In this document: in pieces, positions 38,801 to 49,202 of the stretch
How positions within the stretch are numbered: the stretch's first letter is position 1
How the letters are laid out: every line of letters begins with the position of its first letter
Source of the DNA: Ophelia neglecta
Lineage: Eukaryota
Assembly: GCA_965285935.1 (NCBI GenBank)
Contig: OZ260661.1
Coordinates: 51,398,001 to 51,462,000, forward strand
Direction of reading: 5' to 3'
Length of the DNA: 64,000 nucleotides
The notes under the pieces: model-generated
Told to the model about the DNA's origin: nothing
Databases searched by the model: none
Seen by the model: only the letters and a program-made list of their open reading frames with translations
Translations under genes and position numbers: made by a program

Positions 38801-40418
38801 CTCAATGATGACAGGAGAAAAATTTTAGCAGACAAACTGTTCATAAGGAGGAAAATAGCAGGTATCAAAACATTACATCTCTAAAATAAATTTAGATATG
38901 CCAGAGCTATTGTGTCTGGAACAGGTGCTGGGACAAAATGCTGCACATTTTATAAGCTCCTGAATGAACACATCCCTATCTCCTGTTCAAGAGCTGGGGA
39001 TTGATGTGTTTGGACCTGTGGCTGCTGGTCCTGAAGATTTCAAACTGGTTTAATGGACTATACTTGATACATGATATTGCATTGTCTGCCAGGTATCCAT
39101 TCAAGTAATTTTCACTGTAAAGCCATTTTCGGAAACTTAAGTACAACTGCCATTAAATCTGATGGCAAAGATTTAAACCACTTTATGTACATGTGATACA
39201 ATACTAGATAATACCAGAACACCAAGTTTAGAATCTCTAATGAACGCTCAAGAAAGCTCCAAGTCAAATGAAATTGCCTTTCAGATCCCGGGTTCCAGGC
39301 CTCTCCAGGCGGAAACATAGCTGGCTAGTTCTTCCTTTTCTTGTTCTTCGTACTCTTCTGGTATCCGTTGCTTAGCCAATTCACCCACATTCATGGCATA
39401 GATAGAGCTAAGTTAATGATTAGCTTCCGATTGAATATGACTTCGTGCTTCTAGGCTTTGTTGACAATAAAATATCGTATTATTTGGAATAATAATCTAG
39501 ATGACATACCACTCTTCAAGAAAAACCTAATTATACAGTGTTTTATCATCGTACATTTCGTAGTTTAATTACTAGCAGTATTATTGAAGCACACAGCTGA
39601 TGTGATATGTTATGAACGCAGCTACTGGATACTAATATACGACCAAAGAGAAGTACATGGTCACAATAAGCGGCAATTGCCCGAAGTGTTTTTAGATTTT
39701 TATACACTGCCTTTGGAAGTGTTTAGTCAAAATATTTTCGGCCTTTCTCTTGTCATCATAAACCTACTTTCGAATGTTACCGACAGATCTGTATCATTAT
39801 TATCGACAACTGGGAGTTTGCATTTCGATGTATAACTGAAGAATGTTTCGCTTTCACTCTTTAGTTGAGTATTTGTTAAGATTTTTAAAGTGGCTAAAAA
39901 GCGTTTTCGTTTTTTAGTTACATAATAAGGGTCGTTTCCCGTTTCGTCCGGCTGTTTCGATCTTACCTCTTTGACACCGCCAGGGGACACCAAAAACAGA
40001 CCGGATTCATCAAAGCATTTTAGGCCAGCTTCGTCCTTCTCATCTTCGTTCAAAAAGAGTGTATATTTATGGTATGCAAAGAACATAGTGCACTAAATTT
40101 GAGTGTGGCTGGTGATGACTACTAATAGTAGGGGTATACATGGGCCCTATATTTGAGACATGTTGACTAAGTCAGAGTAACAATTTTTAAGGAAATGCCA
40201 ATGTCATGTATCAATATATAAGGAAAGGTCAAAGTCGCGTGTCGATATCCAAGGATAAGCAATGCTTTTGTATTTTAGAATATTATGTGTTGTATGTCGA
40301 ATGTAAAAAAGAATTGAGGTGTGAGTCAAAATCTAAACGACTTCTTAAACCTAATGGAATAAAGCCACAAAGATCTGATAAAACATTTTGAATTTATCAC
40401 TGGACTGTAGTGACCCAC

Positions 40419-40428
40419 TACGGAAGCA

Positions 40429-40459
<31 letters not shown>

Positions 40460-41931
40460 CACCACGGCTTTGGAACTTGTTCCCTCTTGATCTGCGAATG
40501 ACCACCTCATTGGAAACTTTTAAGAAAAAATTGAAAACGCACTTTTTTACTATTGCCTACAACTAGACTAGACTTTTATCTAATTTCGTTTTAATATAGT
40601 ATCTAATCTTAGGCCTTTCTTAGTAATTTTCCATGTTCTAGTCATATTTATTGTAATGCGCTCATGAGCATATGTAAATATGGAATGAGCGCAATATAAA
40701 TGCATCTTAATAATAAAAATAATAATAATAAGCATGGAAGTACGGAAGCATGGAAGGAACATTGGTGTGTCAAAAAACAATTCCCATTATTTCGTTCCCT
40801 CGAAATAACATTTCGTTCCCTCGAAATAACATTTCGTTCCCTCGAAATAACATTTATAATAATAATATAATATAATAATAAACTTCTATATAGGTCTATA
40901 TTTAGACAGAAGCTGGGCCAATGGGCAGACAACAACTGGGACTCCTGGGGTTGGTCAGTTCAATCTGATAGAAATTATGTGGGCCGGTCAGTGATGCAAG
41001 ATATGTGTGTGGCATCTCCTTACTTAGTTATTAATTTACCAATGCAAATATGATATACTAACTACTCATCGATTTGTCAGAAACAATTAGTGCGGTTTTA
41101 TTCCGAGAACATTCCCGGAATATCGCACTTCTTTTAAATATCATTTTTACATTTGCTTTCAGAATGTAGCCTATATGCGGCCCATAGGCCATAATGAATA
41201 TATGAATGAATGCGAGCGGGAGGCATTGGGCTTTCTGTTTCAGCTGCTCGGGAAATGTCATTAAGGAATTGGAATTTAATCAGGCCCACTTTACCCAAGA
41301 TTTTCACGATTATTGGCTGTATTCATTCACAGGGGAATGGCAATTCCTTGGCGTTTATGAAATGAAAATAGAAATAAAACAGCTTCATAATGTTTTCCGG
41401 GCTACTATTAATAAAACAAACATTTAGAAAAACTGTAGGATAATAAGGATATGCCATTAAAATATTGATATCAAGCAAATTGTTTATATGTATGTACTAG
41501 ATATTTTTATAGTCTGTGCCTGGCGCGGCCGCCGCACGTCGGTAGAATTTGGGACGATATACGACACGCCGGGACCACCAACCGGACCTCTGCATGGCCC
41601 GGGAGGGGGGACGGGGGGACTCCAGAGATTGGTCAGTAAATTAGCAGAAATCCTGTTGGAAGGTTGGCGATTTATGGTACATGTATGTGCAGGGCGATTT
41701 GGTTTACCTTGGGAATCATCATAACTAACAAAGGGGCATAAATAACAGACGGGCATCTATGAATACTTTTTATATACACGTGGTCGGAAAGTAAAAATAC
41801 TTATTTCGAGGGAACGAAATAATTATTTCGAGGGAACGAATTGTTATTTCGAGGGAACGAAATGTTATTTCGAGGGAACGAAATAATGGGAATTTTTTTT
41901 GACACACCAATGTCCCTTCCATGCTTCCGTA
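40419..41931. mobile_element. Non-autonomous DNA transposon with TACGG...CCGTA termini and 21-bp subterminal repeats (IS3EU-like termini)
   Basis: TIR 40741-~40852 is the reverse complement of ~41820-41931; (ATTTCGTTCCCTCGAAATAAC) x3 on the left and x4 on the right; direct repeat GACCCAC at 40412-40418 and 41932-41938. Confidence 0.88.
40456..40729 (+). mobile_element. 5'-truncated L2-type LINE 3' end inserted in the left terminus of the DNA element
   Basis: AAPRLWNLFPLDLRMTTSLETFKKKLKTHFF*-like end, 3' stem-loop GCGCTC...GAGCGC, (AAT)n tail; AAGCAT duplicated at 40424-40429 and 40730-40735. Confidence 0.85.
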
Positions 41932-43534
41932 GACCCACAGAAAGCAACTGAATATTTGTCAAAGCTGTCACATGACCAAGAGCACTGGAAGGAGACTATC
42001 AGGCGAGCAGCATTGCATCAATCTGATGCTAACAGATGATGACCGGAAAGCTTGAAACAATTAGGCAGAATTGGCGGTCATTTACAAATAAAAAGGACAC
42101 TCGGTAGACCAAATAACTTCGCGAGGAACTTTAAATTGAGCTATGTGTGGAGTTTATGTAATAGCTGGAAAGTCATGTGTCTTTAATTGAACTTGTCTAC
42201 GCTTTGTTAATTTATCCTCTGTAGATTCATATCGCCTCTAGGCCTAATAGGAAATGTTTACTTTCAATGCTCTTAAAGGTAGTGTTATTTTGAATCTAGA
42301 CGAGCATAATATTCAAACCGAGGGACATTTGAACAACAAACAATTGACACGTGATATGAAAGCCCGATAATTCAGCACAATTTCGCAAGTCAGCCGTCAA
42401 GCAAGGAAAATATAAAAACTTTTCACAAATGTGTACACCGCCCCTTCGAAAGTGTTAATCGATATGACCTAAGATAAAACCCATACAGCATCAAACCGAG
42501 AAGATCATTTACTGTACCAAATGTTCTTCCCGTTTTGCGGACAAGTATGTCCTGAAAGAAAACATGCGATTGAACTGGAACACGAAGGACGCGCTTTTCT
42601 CTATCAATCATCATCTGGCTAGTAATAACTTGATCTGCCAACAGCCAGATCAAAATGGAAAGCTTTGTATTTTGTTATAACATTGATTCTGAATAGCCTT
42701 AGAACAGATGAATATCAATTATGTGCTTGCCTGTGTCTTCTCCTCTGGCGATAACCACTTTCTGGTGACAGAGATACACATCCACTTCTTCAACTCTTGT
42801 TCCTTTAAAGAAAAGAAAAAGAAAGGCATATTCCTAACCTTAAATTTCACCAGACACGCCCTTACAAATCTCTGTGACTTATCATCATGACTCTACCTAT
42901 CTCTGTGGCCATTGTATAAGTCCCCGTGGCTTTTAGTAAATATAAAACGCATATTTCAGAGGCAAAAAGAGCCATTCAAAGGGCAAAATTGTTACTAATA
43001 TAATACCGTACACACCATTAAGCCTTAATTTGTGACGATTTTTTTTTTATATAAACGAAGGTAAGTCAGTGCAATTTATAAGATGATCCTCTTTGAAATA
43101 AATTAAACCTTGCTTATGGAACGGTAACCATTCGATAATTTAGTTGTGATATCAAATATATAAAGGAGCTATTAAACGTTAAGCACCGGAAATATCGTCC
43201 ACCATTTTCGCCAGCGTGGGATTTCCTCCTGAAGTCTCCTTGACCCTCTGGCAAATCTCCGTGACTCAGCTCAGAGCGTCACACACTGCTCGTGTTGCAT
43301 ATCATATTCATTTATATTATAGTCATTTATCTGACTGTTTACAAGCTAGATGGTTATTGTCAGCATTTCTTAGCAGTGTCATCTCGGGACATAACTGAGT
43401 AGGCTACAGCTAACATCAAAACAAACTTCCGCCTAGTTGAAGCTGGTGGTAAATAAGAACCCGGGGGGTTGGAATGTGTATAATGATTGCCGAATAGTGC
43501 CAATTTGGTTTGATTAACAAATAATCCTGTAATA

Positions 43535-44124
43535 TAATAATCAATAGTTAATATATGTAGCATTTTAAACATAGAATAAAATAATTGTAGTTCGTGCAGA
43601 CCGTTTAACATATTGGCCAAAATATTCTACTATTTTGTTTGTCAAGTGTTGTTGATTACAACCCCCCCCCCCCACCACCACCACCACCCACCCCCCTTGT
43701 CCACCCTCCCGACCCATACCCTGATTGCCACATCAACCCAGTCCATTTACAAACCATGCAAACCATTCAGCGAAAGCAACTTTCCAGCTTCAGCCACAAT
43801 ATACATCTCAATGTTGTGTGTGACATAAAGGTAATAATCAATAGTTAATATATGTAGCATTTTTACATAGAATAAAACAATTGTAGTTCGTGCAGACCGT
43901 TTGACATATTGGTGATCCTACGGCCAAATATCCTAGTATTTTGTTTGTCAAGTGTTGTTGATTACAACCCACCCCCCCACCCACCCCCCTTGTCCGCCCT
44001 CCCGACCCATACCCTGATTGCCACATCAACCAAATCCATTTGCAAACCATGCAAACCATTCAGTGAAAGCAACTTTCGAGCTTCAGCCACAATATACATC
44101 TCGATGTTGTGTGTGACATAAAGG
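43535..44124. repeat. Tandem duplication, ~297-bp unit, 2 diverged copies
   Basis: TAATAATCAATAGTTAATATATGTAGC begins at 43535 and 43832; both copies end GTGACATAAAGG. Confidence 0.92.
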
Positions 44125-44729
44125 CATGTGCATATTAACATAGAATATGGCTTTATGTCGCACACAAAATATTGTTCTGTATCCCTTTAGACCTAGCTTA
44201 AACATAAATTGAAAAGTCTTAAGATTAATTGAAATTTTTGGGGGGCATTTTAATTTGATTTCAATGTGATTGGTCAAGTCAAATTAAAATTAAGTTTTTT
44301 AAGATTCTTGAAATGTCTCTTTATATAATTAGCTTTGACACAATCAAATATCTCAAATAACGTTTAAATGTGCAATGTGTCAACATTTCATGGTATTTTC
44401 GGCCGTCATTTTGATATTATGCTAATTTGACCAATCAAATTCAAATCTTGTCCTTTCATGCTCTCATAATCGTACCTTATAGCTCAAAATTTGGCAGAAC
44501 TCAAATACCTCATATGTCGCTTGAAATATGCAATTACTCAATATGTTTTGATGTTACAGGAAGCAATTTGAATTAATGCTAATTTGACTCGACTGTTTTT
44601 AGTTTATATTCTCTTATGTATATACCTCTGTGGGTTAGGTTAAACATGTGCTGATTTTTTGGGGGAAATCGGATTATACTTGGTAGCCAAAGCAACATTC
44701 CAACATGTTTATTACTTTTATGACTAAGT

Positions 44730-45271
44730 GCTACAATGCGCTTTTAGAAGGCAGGCATTAAAGCTACTCCATGAGGCTTAATTATGCTTGTATTAAATGT
44801 TTTTTCCTTTTCAAAAACTATTGTCATGGCGACAAAATGATCAATAAATCTTTTGATCATCATATAACAAACAATACATTTAACTGATTTTAAGAATAGA
44901 ACTTGACCTCTACCTGCAGATTGAATGTCTTGAATTTTCCTTTTGTATTTCAGGTGATTTGATGTGTTGTAAGGTTTACTTTTCTACGCCTCTCCACCTC
45001 GCTACAATGCACTTTTAGAAGGCAGGCATTAAAGCTACTCCATGAGGCTTAATTATGCTTGTATTAAATGTTTTTTCCTTTTCAAAAACTATTGTCATGG
45101 CGACAAAATGATCAATAAATCTTTTGATCATCATATAACAAACAATACATTTAACTGATTTTAAGAATAGAACTTGACCTCTACCTGCAGATTGAATGTC
45201 TTGAATTTTCCTTTTGTATTTCAGGTGATTTGATGTGTTGTAAGGTTTACTTTTCTACGCCTCTCCACCTC
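44730..45271. repeat. Near-perfect tandem duplication, 271-bp unit x2
   Basis: 44730-45000 and 45001-45271 differ by one substitution that I could find (G44740 vs A45011). Confidence 0.95.
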
Positions 45272-45759
45272 ACCCCACCCCACCCCCCTCACCAATATCC
45301 CAAGGGTTCTACCACGGCTTCATCACCTGCCTCTGACCTCAGGTCGAACTGGAGAGCAAAATGCTCAGTTAAATTGCTGGTGTCTTATGTCAGTTGTAAT
45401 TCATGTTAACTGAAAGTTAACCATACATATGTTCTGGGGTAGGATGGGTGTCCGCGGTTTGAACTGTGTGCCCAAATAAGATATAGTCAAGTTATGATAT
45501 GGCTTTAGTTTCTACGCGTCTTGTTTCAAACTATAGCAGGAGCTGCAGTCTCTCCCGTTACACACAGCTGAACGCTGGAGAGGCCAGGCCTTCGATTCAT
45601 ATTAAGAGCATTGAGCTTTGTATGCATTTACTGATTAGCCAGGTGACAGCACTTGGCGCAAAATCCACCAGCTGCATGAATCCGAAATTCGACGGTACTG
45701 GGATTTTAGAAATAAACAGGCTCCTGTAAGCCTATTAATGGGCGGCCTGTTAAATCTTC

Positions 45760-45945
45760 ATCAAATGTACCATTTGAGCAATGTTATGAACTGGATCGAG
45801 GATAACCTTTAGACTAATTGTTTGCCAAAATGGTTTTGCCAAAAAAAGTCTCACAAGTCGCAAATAATTGGTCTCATGCATGACTATGCAAGAGGATTGA
45901 CAAGAAAATTGTAATTGTGGTACTCGATTTCAGCTAGTCTTTTAT
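45760..45945 (+). mobile_element. Highly degraded CR1-type RT fragment
   Basis: Frameshifted QNGF.KK, SQIIGLMHDYARG, VVLDFS*SF (cf. QHGFRK.RSCETQL...LDFSKAF). Confidence 0.5.
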
Positions 45946-46310
45946 TTAGTCTCTCATCAACACCTCAGCTAAAAACGGTATTTCTTTGGTATTCGATGGC
46001 AGATTCATAGCAACTTCCCTTGAGAATTCGTCTAGTGAAAACCATGACTAATCTGAAGTGTCCAGTGCGCACGACTATGCCACACTAGGGTATCAAGTCT
46101 AGATTCACTCTTTCTAAACCTGTATAGCAGTTTGACAAGATTAACCCTCAAACATCTTGTATAATGCATATAAAAGACTAAAATTATAGGTTGATAAGTT
46201 GATATGGGCCTAATTTAAAAACAAAGTGTTACTACCCTTTAATTTAATGTTTACATTTACCCAGAGAAATTCTAATTGGCATTTGCTTCATGTGTTTGGT
46301 CAAAAATGCT

Positions 46311-46510
46311 GTTTTAGTTTAGTTTAGTTTGGATTAGATTAGATTAGTTTAGTTAAGTTGTTCACAGTATAAAGGTACATTGTACACACTGAAAGAGACA
46401 ATGATAAGAACAGCACGTGACTATGGAGCAGACTATATAACACCTAAATCATAATCTACCCCATATCACAATAAAAACCTAAGTAGGTGACAAATGTGTA
46501 AAAAAGATTT
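46311..46510 (-). mobile_element. Second, older LINE 3' end with (AAACT)n/(AATCT)n tail
   Basis: (GTTTA/GATTA)n at 46311-46358, preceded on the minus strand by TGTGTACAATGTAC resembling the adjacent element's 3' UTR. Confidence 0.45.
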
Positions 46511-46514
46511 TCAT

Positions 46515-49202
46515 GTTTAGTTTAGTTTATTGCTTAAATAGTACAATTTGTAGCGTACATAGTAAAATAATAATGATGATAGGGTAAAAAGAAAAAAGAA
46601 AAAGAGATTTGCATTTATCACATAATATTTGTAATACATATAGAGCACGAAAAACTACCTGAATTTATAGAAGTTTGGTGTGAAGCTCGAACGCCTTACG
46701 GATAAACACAGCTACATTATTCAATATCTTAATGCTTCCCTCGTTAAATATCTTGATGAATACACTCTCTGGGCCACCTCCAAACTCGCAACAAGATAAA
46801 TAATGTGCCCGTAGACTGCTGTATAGTGGACACACTAAAAGAAAATGAATTTCATCCTCAATTTGTCTACATACAAAACAAAATCTGTGCTCCGAGGGTA
46901 TTTTGGGCCTTGACCACGTCCCTGTTTCAATAGAGAGGTGATGATTTCTCAGGAGGAACCTGGTTATTGTTAACTCATTAGTGACACTCAGCCCGACAGA
47001 TCTGTAATGTGGAACTAAATCAATATCGATATTAATACAGAGTTTACTGTAAACCTCACATTTTCTACTGCTAACAATGTTTTCGTGGATTTTGGTTCTG
47101 CCTAAATAGAAGAATCGTTTCTTAAACTGAGATAGAAATTGTTTTATGTTGCCAGGGCCATTACTCTCCCACACAAAACCAAAACCAGTGTTGTACAGCA
47201 AATATTTCACTTTTTGGTTCCATTCAGTCTGAAGGTTATTTTGATGAGAAATGATTAAGACCTTGGAGTCAAGTGTACCCTTATCACCAGTAATTAAACG
47301 GCACCAATATTTTATAATTCTACAATATCTGACATATTGCAAAGGCAGTCTACAACATTCTCTATACACCATGTCAGTCATTGTGGAGCGTTTGACCTTC
47401 AATATAGATTTTAAAAATTTTAAGTGAAATTTTTCCATAATTGGACAGTTGGCAAAACCCCAGACCTCACAGCCATAGTGGAGAATACTGGCTATTAAAA
47501 CATCAAAGATATGACACATTGCCGCTGCTCTAAGTTTAAACTGAAACGTGTATTTTTGCATACAAAATAATGCCTTTTGTGCCTTATTTACCAAGAATTC
47601 CTCTTGTTTTGACCATCGACCAATACTTTGCAAGTAGGCCTATACACCCAGGTAGCAAAACTCAGTTACAACTTTAATTCTAAAATTATTATAAGTGAAG
47701 ACAGGAGGACTGATATATTTACGCCAACCAAAAATTACAATTTCCGTTTTGTCAGTGTTAAGGTACAATTTCCATTTTTCACAATACTGATATAAACAGT
47801 CGAGACCGTTTTGCAGACCCTGTGAGGTTTCACTGATTATTGCGGCATCATCGGCAAACAGGAGTATATACAATCTCAAATAGCCCAACGAGATTCCTGG
47901 TTTATCAGGTTTATCTATCTTACACAATTCAGACTCTAGATCATTTATGTAGAAACAAAACAAAAGGGGGGAAAGACTTTCCCCCTGCCTAACCCCTAAT
48001 ATACATTCAAACTCAGATGACAATTTACCATATTTTCCCTTTACTTGTGTTTTTATATTATTATACATGCTTTCCAACAACTTGAACAATTTACCCCTCA
48101 CACCCATTCTCAGTATTTTGTACCAGAGGTTGGACCTATTAATAAGGTCAAAGGCTTTCTTAAAGTCGATAAATGCTGTATATAGTTTCTGATTTTGACT
48201 TTTACAACGAGAAATCAAAGTGTTAAATATAAAAATATTGTCTACAGTGCTATGATCTGAACGAAAACCTGCTTGACCTTCTATGTAGAGCTGGTTTTCT
48301 TCCGCCCATTTACTCAATCTCTCATTCAGAATTTTCGTGAACAATTTTGAAATACAACTTAGTAATGAAATGCCCTTGTAATTGTTAGGGTCTGTAGCAC
48401 TTCCTTTCTTGAATATAGGCAAAAGGTGACTAGTTTTCCATGACTCTGGATATACACCGGTTTCAAATATGTCATTAAACAATTTCAATAGGGGTACACG
48501 GATTTCATTACAATACTTGATCTGTTCATTTATTATACCATCAGGGCCAGGAGATTTTTCTGTCTTTAGCTTTTGAATACATTTATCAAGTTCCTCGAGC
48601 GATATTTCTTTATCCAGGTCCAGAAACACTGGGTCACTTTGAACATGTTCAGACATAAAGGTTTCTACGTCAACACTTATTTCATACAGTTTTTGGTCAT
48701 TAGGTTGGTGAAGTTTCTTAAAATGATCATAAAATGAGTTCAACTCCACATTAGGACAGTCCATTGTTTTAACACACTTCAACATGTCCCAGTATTTTCT
48801 AGTATCCCTAGTTCTTAACTTTAGTAATTTTTCAGTTTTACCAAGAGTATGTTCTTGTTTACATAGTTTCGAATGTTTATGATAACTTTTCCTAGAGTTT
48901 AACAATGCTTTACGCATCGCTGGTGTCTTATACAAATCATTGTAAAAATACATATCAGATATTTCAATAAAATGGGACCTTAAAAACTTACATTCATTAC
49001 ACATCCACTCTGGCAAGTGGATTTCCTTACTGCTTTTGTCTACTTTGCTTACAGTTAAGTGCTTTTTACCCACCGAATAAAGTATATCACCAAACATCTG
49101 AGCTTTAACATGTACATCCACATCAGCATTTACACATTGAAAATCCTTAAAAAGGATAGGGCAAATTAAAATACAGCGTTCGCCTATCCAGTAATCTTTC
49201 AA
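46515..49202 (-). mobile_element. 5'-truncated non-LTR retrotransposon ORF2 (RT plus C-terminal Zn-finger-like motif), RTE-X-like
   Basis: ORFs 47640-49202 and 46665-47633 are in one frame split by a single TAG. Motifs KSPGPDGI, NYKGISLLS, QAGFR, FIDFKKAFD, GVRQGESLSPLLF, LLFADD, YLGV, YGCEVWG, CFVC..EDEIHFLLVCPLY; 3' end AATAAACTAAACTAAAC at 46515-46531; no endonuclease domain. Confidence 0.95.

Noticed and set aside
40788-41885. 21-bp repeats as a CRISPR or iteron array
   Set aside because: Head-to-tail without spacers and mirrored at both ends; they are subterminal repeats of a TIR element.
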